Virus record (IMG/VR): IMGVR_UViG_3300042891_001180
Direction: 5' to 3' (one strand)
Source: a virus
Length of the DNA stretch: 64,000 bases
This document shows, piece by piece, positions 1-8,539 of this stretch (position 1 is the stretch's first letter; every line of letters begins with the position of its first letter). The notes below the pieces were generated by a model, which was not told where the DNA came from, did not search any database, and saw nothing but the letters and a program-made list of their open reading frames with translations. Both the position numbers and the translations under genes were made by a program.

Positions 1-1
1 T

Positions 2-1576
2 ATCGATAACTTGAGCTGTGTTATTAGACTCATCGCAAACTACTTTAAAGTCTGTAATACCACGGCGACCTTGAACGTCACGCAAGAACGGCTCAACAAG
101 GTTTCTAAACTGGGCTCTTGTGAACGGATCGTTGAACTCGAACAATTGGAACTTAGCAGCTGTAGCGATTGCTTTCTCAAGCACAATAAACAATCTACGA
201 ACGTTAATACGATCGAAGGCTGAAGGCTTGGCAAGCAACGTCTTGTCACCGAATAGAACTGTACCGTTGCCGGGGAATGTTACAACGGGATTAATACCCT
301 TCTTGTACAATGCGTCGCGATCTGCTTTACTTGGTGAGTAAGCAAGTTTAACAACGTTCTTAACTTGACCGCGATTGAAACCAGCAGGTGAGAACCATGG
401 GTCAGCAACAAAGTCTGTACGAACTGCAAGACCGGCTGTATCACCGTTTAAGGGGATATAACGATAGACGTCATTGTAGCGATCGTATTGATACTTGTAA
501 CCAGAATCCAACACCGCATATGAGCTAGATGTCAAAGTCTCGCGGAATGCAACGATATCGGTAGCTTCTGAACCTGCGTTATTAACTACATCAGCCAGTT
601 CAGGTGAAGCAAAAACGATAACGTCTTTTCTTACTTCTGCAATACTTGAGATAGCATAGTTAACAACGGTAGATGAAGCAGCACCTAATGGAAGCAACGA
701 AATATCAAATGCTTCGTCATTAGCAAACAAGGCCAAAGCACTTGTAATGTTTCCATCAGTAGGAGCATCAGCAGAAACACCACCTGATAAAGATATTGTA
801 ACGTTAGATGTCAGATTAGCAAACAAGGATGCATTAGCTGCATTACCCCAGGCTGTACCTGTTGCAGTAACGTTGGCAGTATGATCCATCCAGTAAATGT
901 ATTCTGATTGAGTATTTACCACATCTTTATAGAATGCAGATGTACCATCGGCTCTTTTACCATCAGAGGCTTTAGAGGCGAAAGCAAATTTCTCTACCAC
1001 TGTACCTGCAGTTCCTGAAAGCAAACCGTCTTCATCGATAACAGCAATGTGAAGTTCATCATGTGAACCACCCAAGTTGCTAACATATGCAGACGTACCA
1101 GGGGCAGCATCAAAGTTAGATGAATAAGTCCATGTAGAAAAGACATTACCGTCAGCTATTGATACTTTTAATGAGTTACCCAATGCACCTGGGTACTTAG
1201 CAGCCCACTCACCCACATTGGCTTCTCCAGCGGAATAAGATGCTGTGTAATGATCTTCGTTTCTAATAATAACTGCAGTAGATGCAGCGTTTGATCTTGC
1301 GTTCCTTGCAGTAGCTTGATTTACAACGCGGATTACTTGTAGGTTATTACCGTAAGACAAGAAATTGGCTGCTGTAAAGAAAGATTGGAATGTATCGCTG
1401 TTAGGCTTACCAAATCTAGTTACAAGAGCGTTTTCCGAATCTATTGTGGTAACAACACCAACAGGACCCCATGCAAATGCGCCAGCAAAGCCGCCGGCTG
1501 TTGTAGCAACGGCAGGAACGACCGATGTAAGGTCCTGCTCCGTTACCAGAACGCCTGGTGATAGCTGAAATGCCAT
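2..1576 (-). CDS. gp18: Tail sheath protein (3' end runs off the window)
   Basis: Absent from the ORF track. Manual translation from ATG 1576 gives MAFQLSPGVLVTEQDLTSVVPAVATTAGGFAGAFAWGP...FFTAANFLSYGNNL; later PWFSPAGFNRGQ and GTVLFGDKT. AGGAG RBS; late promoter upstream. Confidence 0.95.
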   Translation of the reverse strand, partial: MAFQLSPGVLVTEQDLTSVVPAVATTAGGFAGAFAWGPVGVVTTIDSENALVTRFGKPNSDTFQSFFTAANFLSYGNNLQVIRVVNQATARNARSNAASTAVIIRNEDHYTASYSAGEANVGEWAAKYPGALGNSLKVSIADGNVFSTWTYSSNFDAAPGTSAYVSNLGGSHDELHIAVIDEDGLLSGTAGTVVEKFAFASKASDGKRADGTSAFYKDVVNTQSEYIYWMDHTANVTATGTAWGNAANASLFANLTSNVTISLSGGVSADAPTDGNITSALALFANDEAFDISLLPLGAASSTVVNYAISSIAEVRKDVIVFASPELADVVNNAGSEATDIVAFRETLTSSSYAVLDSGYKYQYDRYNDVYRYIPLNGDTAGLAVRTDFVADPWFSPAGFNRGQVKNVVKLAYSPSKADRDALYKKGINPVVTFPGNGTVLFGDKTLLAKPSAFDRINVRRLFIVLEKAIATAAKFQLFEFNDPFTRAQFRNLVEPFLRDVQGRRGITDFKVVCDESNNTAQVID

Positions 1577-1626
1577 ATTTTTTCTCCTTATAATGTTATT
1601 CTGTCATAACAAATTTTATACCAGTA

Positions 1627-1638
1627 TATTTATAAATA
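1627..1638. promoter_or_regulatory. T4-type late promoter TATAAATA for gp18, with an overlapping copy on the plus strand
   Basis: TATAAATA on minus strand at 1627-1634 and on plus strand at 1631-1638. Confidence 0.75.
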
Positions 1639-1652
1639 CTGAACTTTGACTA

Positions 1653-3305
1653 TTACCAGCTACGTTCTTTAATAAAATCCGAATAATCTTTTTGATATTT
1701 GTCACTTAACCAAATATCACCATCTACTACCTCAACATCTGGTTCCATTGACTGTCCGTTGTCAATAAATCCAAATGGGGTTAATTCGTCTTCTATGTTC
1801 TTCATCTGCGAACTATAGAGCGCTTGTCTATTGTTTGCATTCATTAAATCCTTAAACATGGGGTCATTTGTAGCCCATGCAAAAAGAACTAATGTCATAG
1901 TCAAATCATCATTGTAGCCTTCATCAGCTTGAAACACACCATTGTGTTCAATAAATGTTGAAAATTCTGATATAATGTCTCTATCAAAAACCAGTAGTTT
2001 ATTTTCTTCTACCAAAGATTTTAAAGTTGCACATCCTATGCGCTTAACTTGTTTTGTTGTTCTTACACCCAGAATAGAACTTCTTCCTGAACTAGAAAGA
2101 ACTTGGCCATATCTTGCATCGGATCCGACCCAGATCATATTCTCGTACTCTAAGTCGTTGTATATAATATCGGCAACTTGTTGACCAATATCATTAATCT
2201 CAACCAACACATATGCACTGTTATAGTCCTTAGATACCTTATGAATAACAGTAGGGTATAATAGAGGACTAATCTTATTGTTTCTATATTTAGCTACAAC
2301 TTTATAGGGGTATTCAGTAGTATCGATAATAGTAAATGCAGAATAATCACCACCAATACCTCTAGATGTATCAACGGTTGTAAAGTATACATGACCTGGT
2401 ACAGGGTACTCAAGAATATCTAACCCATCCTTTTCATGCATGAAAGGTATTGGAGACATTCTAGCAATTGTATCGGGGGCAATTAAGGTATTAGATGAAC
2501 CAAGAAATGCACATAAGACCTCTTGGTTAAACTTAAGTTCTCCTAAGACTGATTTTTGCTCTTCAGCCCATTTTTCATCTCTACCCGGTATCTTCCAGTA
2601 AGGTATTTGCAAGGCAACAAATCCGTTACGACCTTCTTGAGCATCATTCCAATACTTCCAGAAGTGATTATAACCTAGAGGTGTGGAGGTTAGCAACACC
2701 TTTGTGGTTTCACCAGCCATAATAGTTGGGTATGTCGACGTAAAGAACTCTTCAGCCACATTATTAGGAATAATAGCTGCCTCGTCAATGTACAACCAAT
2801 TAACTGATTTACCTCGAATACCAGAAGTAGAGGTGGCAGATGTAAATACCTTAGAACCATTCTCTAGTTCAACGTCACCTTTGTTCCAAGTCTTAATACC
2901 TTGTTGCATCCAAAGAGGTAAGTTCTCGTACATAATCTGGTAACGAGATAATACTTCTCTGGCCGCGGTCGATTTGTTAGCTAAAATAGCAACCGTTTTG
3001 TTAGAATTAAAAATAGTGTAGTGAAGAATACAGGCAGCCGAGGTAATGGTCTTACCCTGTTGGCGTCCTTCCATCAGAATAACTTTTCTATTATTCATAA
3101 TGACATCTACTTTTTCTCTCTGACAATCGTATAGACTAAAGAGAATTAAACCTCTATCTAAAGAAACAATATAACAATAGTTTTCAATAAAGTATATTGG
3201 ATCTTCTTTACACTTCATTAACTCCTTTACCTGCTCGGAGGTGAACTGCATCTCAAAGCCGGCAGGCTTTAAGTTACTATTACCATTGTAAGAATTATTT
3301 TCCAT
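1653..3305 (-). CDS. gp17: Terminase large subunit
   Basis: GRQQGKT Walker A, YIDEAA Walker B, STPLGYNHF, nuclease motifs VDTSRG and DDLTM. Confidence 0.97.
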   Translation of the reverse strand: MENNSYNGNSNLKPAGFEMQFTSEQVKELMKCKEDPIYFIENYCYIVSLDRGLILFSLYDCQREKVDVIMNNRKVILMEGRQQGKTITSAACILHYTIFNSNKTVAILANKSTAAREVLSRYQIMYENLPLWMQQGIKTWNKGDVELENGSKVFTSATSTSGIRGKSVNWLYIDEAAIIPNNVAEEFFTSTYPTIMAGETTKVLLTSTPLGYNHFWKYWNDAQEGRNGFVALQIPYWKIPGRDEKWAEEQKSVLGELKFNQEVLCAFLGSSNTLIAPDTIARMSPIPFMHEKDGLDILEYPVPGHVYFTTVDTSRGIGGDYSAFTIIDTTEYPYKVVAKYRNNKISPLLYPTVIHKVSKDYNSAYVLVEINDIGQQVADIIYNDLEYENMIWVGSDARYGQVLSSSGRSSILGVRTTKQVKRIGCATLKSLVEENKLLVFDRDIISEFSTFIEHNGVFQADEGYNDDLTMTLVLFAWATNDPMFKDLMNANNRQALYSSQMKNIEDELTPFGFIDNGQSMEPDVEVVDGDIWLSDKYQKDYSDFIKERSW

Positions 3306-3696
3306 TAATCATCTTCATAAGATCAGAAGTAGAGCCAGCAAACACTATGTTGTTCTGCTGTTTAATATTCTCCATCTTACCGCTTGCCTTATCAATATCT
3401 TTTTTAGTTTTATGCAGACCAATTAACTCTTTTGTAATAGCAGTTTGTGCTGATATCAATTGCCCAGCAACTTCAAATGCTCTTGGGTTCTCAGAGTTCT
3501 TAGCAATATGAACCAACTCAGTCATTACATCTTCATTTTTATTGATTAAACTACGAAGGGTGTTGCGAGCCAATTGAAAGTCATCCTCTTGATCTAACTC
3601 AGAAGGATTATACGCAACAGGCATACTCGTTGGAATAGGCAAATCAACGTCTGTCTCAACATTAAAGACATCATTAATTCTGTTAAGTGATTTCAT
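3295..3696 (-). CDS. gp16: Terminase small subunit
   Basis: DFQLAR...PRAFEVAGQL...GSTSDL; directly upstream of gp17. Confidence 0.92.
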   Translation of the reverse strand: MKSLNRINDVFNVETDVDLPIPTSMPVAYNPSELDQEDDFQLARNTLRSLINKNEDVMTELVHIAKNSENPRAFEVAGQLISAQTAITKELIGLHKTKKDIDKASGKMENIKQQNNIVFAGSTSDLMKMINGK

Positions 3697-4448
3697 TAAA
3701 AGTCCTCAAACGTATCTATAATACTAATTGTATCGCCAGGAACAGCGGTACCAGGATCAACTGTTGCGGTGTATGAGGATTGTTTATTAGATAGCGCGGG
3801 GTCTGAAAATGTATTAACGTTTGTAGTTCTGATAATGCCCTGTCTGTTGATAGGACCGTAAAAGTTAAGTTTCATTGTAAAGTTGAGAGTCCAGATAATG
3901 GCTCTTCTTTGAGTAAAGTCACCCTCATACTCATCTTCGTAGGTAATGTTATCTAGTATAATAGGTAAGTCATTCTTAATGCCCATTGCTGGGATTGCAT
4001 TAAGAGTCAAGTTATAGTCAGGATTAAAGTAAGGTAGAATCTGTTCAATGATTTGTAACCCATCATCCTGGTTCTTTGTATACACATACAAAGTCATCGC
4101 AATGTTATATGGTGTAGGGGCATACTGGGCGTTCAAAGAAGTAGTAGACGAACCGTTTAATGCTCTATTTTGCTGAACCAGACTGACTCTTCTATTAGGA
4201 TCATAGGTCAAACTTATCATCTCAAAACCAAGTCTTGGTAAGAAGGTCTGAAAGTTTTGTTCAAAAGATTGAGGTTGCGCGGCAATTCTAGCTAAGAACT
4301 TTTGTTTAGGAGAATAAGCCAAAGGAACCCGAAGAGTTTGTGTAATACCTCCACTTGAATTTAATCTATCAATATGAATATTATTGAATATATTACCAAA
4401 AGCTACTATTGACTTTCGTATTGTTCCGTGATAGAATTTATCAAACAT
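3696..4448 (-). CDS. gp15: Tail sheath stabilizer / tail terminator
   Basis: FYHGTIRK..AFG.IFN, VPLAYSPKQKF, LQIIEQILPYFNP. Confidence 0.95.
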   Translation of the reverse strand: MFDKFYHGTIRKSIVAFGNIFNNIHIDRLNSSGGITQTLRVPLAYSPKQKFLARIAAQPQSFEQNFQTFLPRLGFEMISLTYDPNRRVSLVQQNRALNGSSTTSLNAQYAPTPYNIAMTLYVYTKNQDDGLQIIEQILPYFNPDYNLTLNAIPAMGIKNDLPIILDNITYEDEYEGDFTQRRAIIWTLNFTMKLNFYGPINRQGIIRTTNVNTFSDPALSNKQSSYTATVDPGTAVPGDTISIIDTFEDF

Positions 4449-5184
4449 TTATTTCTCCGAATGGGTTTCTCTCGGAGAAGTCCAGTACGGATATCTCACC
4501 TCTAAAGTCCTCATTATCTACATTAGGGAAGATAGTACTTAAGTTATAAGATTGAAGAATGATACCAGCCGGACTATATTCTTCAAGTAACGCTCTATCA
4601 CCATTCTGAAGTAATAAGTTAAATGCATTGATGTCAGCAGATCTATCAGCGGAAATATCATCTATTTCAGATACCCCTGTATCAAACATCTCAGAAGAGT
4701 ACTGCATCAACTCACATTGGAGTTTATAAACGTATAATTTACCTACCTGGAAAAAAGGGTCGGTTGATTCAACTCTTTTAATTTCAAAGAAAGCTTTAGT
4801 TAGAGGAAAATAAACTACATCACCTTCAGCCGGTCTAGTAGTTAAGACAGCATCTCCGGAACTAGCGATCACTTCATCCCATCTTCTTCTTGCAACAACG
4901 AAAGTAGCGGTATCTCTAATCTCTACACCGAACTTAGTCATAAGGTCTCCGTCACCCTCAAACCCGGTAACGTTTTGCATATACATCTCTAATGGGTATG
5001 CTGATGCGTACTTATTAAGTACATCTTCTCCCAAAATCATATCCTCGCTAACAGCCTGTCTAGGAATATAATAAGTATCAAATCCGTATATTTTAAGGCA
5101 CTCTATTATAATGTCTTCCATGAGCAATTGCTCTGAAGATCGGCCTCCAGGTATACCAGATTGAAAATAAAAGTTCGTTGCCAT
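4441..5184 (-). CDS. gp14: Neck protein
   Basis: EQLLMED..IE..KIYG.D.YYIPR, RPAEGDVVYFP, PFFQVGK. Confidence 0.95.
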   Translation of the reverse strand: MATNFYFQSGIPGGRSSEQLLMEDIIIECLKIYGFDTYYIPRQAVSEDMILGEDVLNKYASAYPLEMYMQNVTGFEGDGDLMTKFGVEIRDTATFVVARRRWDEVIASSGDAVLTTRPAEGDVVYFPLTKAFFEIKRVESTDPFFQVGKLYVYKLQCELMQYSSEMFDTGVSEIDDISADRSADINAFNLLLQNGDRALLEEYSPAGIILQSYNLSTIFPNVDNEDFRGEISVLDFSERNPFGEINV

Positions 5185-5200
5185 TATTCGGTATATCCAC

Positions 5201-5250
5201 GTGGATTAGTTGTTGCCTTGATGGTATAATCCATAGGTGGGCTGATGAGA
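5201..5250 (+). repeat. Copy 1 of a dispersed 50-bp element containing TGGATTA-N18-TAATCCA and TATAAT
   Basis: 43/50 ungapped identity (manual alignment) with 55343-55392 on the minus strand. Confidence 0.8.
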
Positions 5251-5266
5251 TAAGCTAAAAACATTA

Positions 5267-6226
5267 TCAGCCTGTAAAGAAGTCAACAGGGAGTTCATAG
5301 GTAGATCTAACTTCATCCTTTAACTCTTTTATCTCTTCCATAGCCTCGTCAAAGATCTTTTGACCATTCAACGTTACCCCACCTGGTAATTGAACACCTT
5401 CAAACTTCTTAAGATTAATACCCCATTGACGCTTAATTAAAGCAGTTGTGTATCTCTTTAGATAACCATCGTTATATACATCGGTAAACGTATCTGGGTC
5501 AAGCATACGATAAGCTTCAATGATAATATAATCCCCGATAGCCAGATCTCCCCCATCCCCCCAGGTAAGATCGATATGCAATCTATTCATATGACGATTA
5601 AACCTAACAGGCTTTTGTCCTGTCATCAAGTCATTTATTAAATTTATATGCATCTTTAACATCGTAAAGTACTGAATATCAGTATTAGTCAAAGATTGAA
5701 TGTTATTAAGCATCAGCTGATATTTGGCATCAAAGAAACTAATGCTGTTAGATCTACTCGATAGCGGTAACGTTCTTACCACACTCAATACAGAATCATT
5801 TAAGGTAACGTATTTGTTATCAAAATTACCAAGTGTAATAGAAGATAAGGTAGCAGAGGTACCGGAAGAAGCACCAACAATTGTCTCACCAGCTGTGAAC
5901 GTACCTGCAGTGTTCTTTACATTTACACGATTAGCAGATACGTTTGCATGAACGAATGTAGTAGCACCAGAGGTGGAACCTGTGATCTTTTCTCCAAGAG
6001 AAAAAGATGCAGCATTAACCCCGGTGATCTGAATTAAAGAAGCCGTGATTTGTTCTTTGAGGTATACAGATTCAACCGCATCATAATGAAAGTCTCTGTA
6101 AAACTGTATAGCCTCGTCAACACGGTCTTCTAACTGATCTTCATCCACGTTAATTTCGAGGACGGGAAATCCTAGTGAGCGAAGGCAATAATCTATAAGG
6201 TTTTGTCTGGATGAAGGTGAAGACAT
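5267..6226 (-). CDS. gp13: Neck protein
   Basis: LIDYCLRSLG.PVLEINV, ALIKRQWG.NL.KF.GVQLPGGVTLNG; internal inserted beta-rich segment. Confidence 0.95.
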   Translation of the reverse strand: MSSPSSRQNLIDYCLRSLGFPVLEINVDEDQLEDRVDEAIQFYRDFHYDAVESVYLKEQITASLIQITGVNAASFSLGEKITGSTSGATTFVHANVSANRVNVKNTAGTFTAGETIVGASSGTSATLSSITLGNFDNKYVTLNDSVLSVVRTLPLSSRSNSISFFDAKYQLMLNNIQSLTNTDIQYFTMLKMHINLINDLMTGQKPVRFNRHMNRLHIDLTWGDGGDLAIGDYIIIEAYRMLDPDTFTDVYNDGYLKRYTTALIKRQWGINLKKFEGVQLPGGVTLNGQKIFDEAMEEIKELKDEVRSTYELPVDFFTG

Positions 6227-6251
6227 TGTATCTTTCCTAATTTATATGGTA

Positions 6252-6259
6252 TATTTATA
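6252..6259 (-). promoter_or_regulatory. Late promoter for the gp13 operon
   Basis: TATAAATA 25 nt upstream of the gp13 start. Confidence 0.8.
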
Positions 6260-6262
6260 AGG

Positions 6263-6282
6263 AAAGGGCCCTGAGGCCCTTT
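6263..6282. terminator. Rho-independent terminator
   Basis: AAAGGGCC-CTGA-GGCCCTTT hairpin. Confidence 0.75.
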
Positions 6283-6300
6283 GTAAAGATTTTAATAACA

Positions 6301-6471
6301 TCAGTGTTTATTACTGTCTGTAGACGGGGGTTCGGGTTTAGCTACTTGATTTTCCCCTTGTTCTTTGATCTTAATAATCAAAGGCCAGGCACCTGATTTA
6401 CTAGGCAATTCACCCAATACACCAATGACATAATTAACTTCTTCAACTGTAAGTTTCAATTCAATATCCAT
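6301..6471 (-). CDS. Small hypothetical protein
   Basis: Start moved to ATG 6471, which follows a GGAG RBS; has its own sigma70-type promoter. Confidence 0.7.
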   Translation of the reverse strand: MDIELKLTVEEVNYVIGVLGELPSKSGAWPLIIKIKEQGENQVAKPEPPSTDSNKH

Positions 6472-6501
6472 AATTTTCTCCAAATAAAAGGTTCAATTGT
6501 T

Positions 6502-6530
6502 ATTATATACTTATACTGAATAAAATGCAA
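6502..6530 (-). promoter_or_regulatory. Sigma70-type promoter
   Basis: TTGCAT-17 nt-TATAAT. Confidence 0.6.
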
Positions 6531-6563
6531 TTATAGTTCTATTTTACTCAGGCTAATTGCTCT

Positions 6564-7400
6564 TTATACCTTGACAATATAAGGTTGTTTTATTGCAAAA
6601 TTTGGTACCTCTGTACTTACTGATGACGTTCGCCAAAACTCTTTACCTCCATACTTGTCCCAAACTGATTTAGGCAGGATTGATGGGCGCTCTTGCCATG
6701 TAACTTCTTTACGTACTGTGTGCAGACTTTTCATATTCAAAGCTTTGTCATAAACTTCGTTTTCATACTCAACATTCTTAAAGTCATGATTGTAATAAGG
6801 TTTGTTAATGAACCCGTAGATTTCCTGCATTACGCTTTGAGGCTTTTTGCAAAGAGATTCATACTCCACCAGCATAATCATATCTGGATTTAACATTAAG
6901 CCTTCTTCTAAGAAATAATATGGCTTGACCACTTGGCCTTCTTTTTTTACATCCATCAGCGCATCGCACCTTGTTGTAACTGTTTGCCTAGCTTCATCAT
7001 CTGTTAATGCCGCACCATACAAGGAGTTCTTAGCTGAGATGCGTTCAAAGCTGTCCAGTATCCAAGGCAAGTCCCGCACACAGCAAATTATCTTAGTCTG
7101 AGGGTATAGATCTTTGAGGAGTGAGGTCTTAGAAGTCCAGCCCCTGCTGGTGTCAAACACAGTGTTTGGAGTAACTGCTTTGTAGTAAGCATTAATTACA
7201 TCCTTAAGTATCTGCTTGCGTCTTTCTTCATCAATAAGGTGGTTACTCTCACTGCCCGTGATAACTCCAATAGTTGATGCCACCAAGCTTTGTACAGGAG
7301 AAGTAATGTCAGCGTAAAACTCAGGGTTTTGGCTCAAAATTGCTGAGAGCAAAGTTGATCCTGACCTTGGTAAACCTGAAATAAAGAAAAATTCTTTCAT
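6564..7400 (-). CDS. PAPS-dependent sulfotransferase
   Basis: 5'-PSB motif SGLPRSGSTLL; 3'-PB motif KIICCVRDLPWILDS; VEYESL. Confidence 0.85.
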   Translation of the reverse strand: MKEFFFISGLPRSGSTLLSAILSQNPEFYADITSPVQSLVASTIGVITGSESNHLIDEERRKQILKDVINAYYKAVTPNTVFDTSRGWTSKTSLLKDLYPQTKIICCVRDLPWILDSFERISAKNSLYGAALTDDEARQTVTTRCDALMDVKKEGQVVKPYYFLEEGLMLNPDMIMLVEYESLCKKPQSVMQEIYGFINKPYYNHDFKNVEYENEVYDKALNMKSLHTVRKEVTWQERPSILPKSVWDKYGGKEFWRTSSVSTEVPNFAIKQPYIVKV

Positions 7401-7822
7401 GCCTGTGCAATCCAGTTGACTGTGGCCTCATTCCATTCATAGCGCACATTACCACCGTTCATAATTGCATCTACGGGCCTAGGTACAGGCGCACTCCATG
7501 TCATTGTGTCTGGATAACCAATCCAAGATGGATAAGGTCTACGAGCCAGATGTTCAGCGGCTTTAGCGGTGTTAAATTCTTCTTCTGTTAGAACTTGCAA
7601 CACACCAGCAATAGTTGTGTCGGCGTCGCTATCGCAAGTTCCGTAGTATCTTGGTGCTCTCAGGTACGTACCATCAGGAGCAACTTCTACAGGCCAAGTA
7701 GAGCTATCATGCCAAATATAAGCCCAGCCTTTGATAGCTGGCATTGATGGGCCTGTGCGCTGGGGCTCGGCTGTGCAGACTATTTTAGTTACTTCATCAA
7801 CTTCGGTTATGCAAATGTACAC
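7397..7822 (-). CDS. Hypothetical tail-fibre-associated protein
   Basis: GTG start with AGGAG; C-terminal RPYPSW...W.APVPRP...Y.W.E....W motif typical of fibre-associated small proteins. Confidence 0.65.
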   Translation of the reverse strand: MYICITEVDEVTKIVCTAEPQRTGPSMPAIKGWAYIWHDSSTWPVEVAPDGTYLRAPRYYGTCDSDADTTIAGVLQVLTEEEFNTAKAAEHLARRPYPSWIGYPDTMTWSAPVPRPVDAIMNGGNVRYEWNEATVNWIAQA

Positions 7823-7843
7823 TGTGCTGCTCCTTTTAAAAAT

Positions 7844-8539
7844 TTACACAGCTACTCTGCGAACTGCTCGGACAAATCTAGCAGTAGAAGTTTTTGTTGC
7901 GTTGTACTGATAACCAGTTTCAAAATTTGTAGCTCTGGCATAACCAGTACGGGGGCTAGCTGCTTGCGTACTAGACCAATAACTAGCTGGATTTGCGCCA
8001 TTTAAATAGGGAAACGCTTCAGCATTTCCAGTTTTAAAGATAGTTGCAGCTGTTTGTGCTGGATTGCCGCTAGTGTATGCGCTTGCCCTGCTTGGCACAG
8101 CGTTAGAATTTGAGCCATTTGGAAAACCCATTGGCTCTGCACCGCCAGTGTAGTTGCTGTTTGTTGAAGGTTTTAGGTTGAAATAACAAATTTCTAGTTC
8201 GTTAATAGCTGGCAAATACCAATCAGAAAACCCACCAATTGTAAGACCTTCACAGAATTGGGCGGCAGGATGATCTGCGTCATTTATTGAGGCACTGTTT
8301 GCTGGCCCATTAATAAGTGATAAAGCACCCGGGTCGTCGGTATTGCTGGTTTTAAATCTTAAACCTGTTGCATTATATGCAGAGGCCATTGGGCCAACCA
8401 CCAAATAATGCGTAGGAACACCACTAACTCCAATTTGACCTGCGTAATAGCCGCCACCAAATGCTTGACCTATAACTGTAGGTGCTGGTTCACCAAAACT
8501 TCTTTGGTTTTGAAATACAGCTTGTAGTGCACCACTCAT
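7844..8539 (-). CDS. DUF1566/Lcl-like (C-type-lectin fold) putative receptor-binding tip protein
   Basis: GFSDWYLPAINEL, YWSST, C-terminal VRAVRR; ATGA overlap with the fibre gene. Confidence 0.7.
   Translation of the reverse strand: MSGALQAVFQNQRSFGEPAPTVIGQAFGGGYYAGQIGVSGVPTHYLVVGPMASAYNATGLRFKTSNTDDPGALSLINGPANSASINDADHPAAQFCEGLTIGGFSDWYLPAINELEICYFNLKPSTNSNYTGGAEPMGFPNGSNSNAVPSRASAYTSGNPAQTAATIFKTGNAEAFPYLNGANPASYWSSTQAASPRTGYARATNFETGYQYNATKTSTARFVRAVRRVAV

Noticed and set aside
1653-3305. Intein or intron in the terminase
   Set aside because: Normal length with contiguous motifs
5243-5280. CTGATGAG resembling a hammerhead ribozyme core
   Set aside because: No properly placed GAAA and stems, and the motif is not kept in the second copy of the element
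7844-8050. DUF1566 C-terminus as a diversity-generating retroelement target
   Set aside because: No reverse transcriptase or template repeat seen in this window; cannot exclude one elsewhere in the genome
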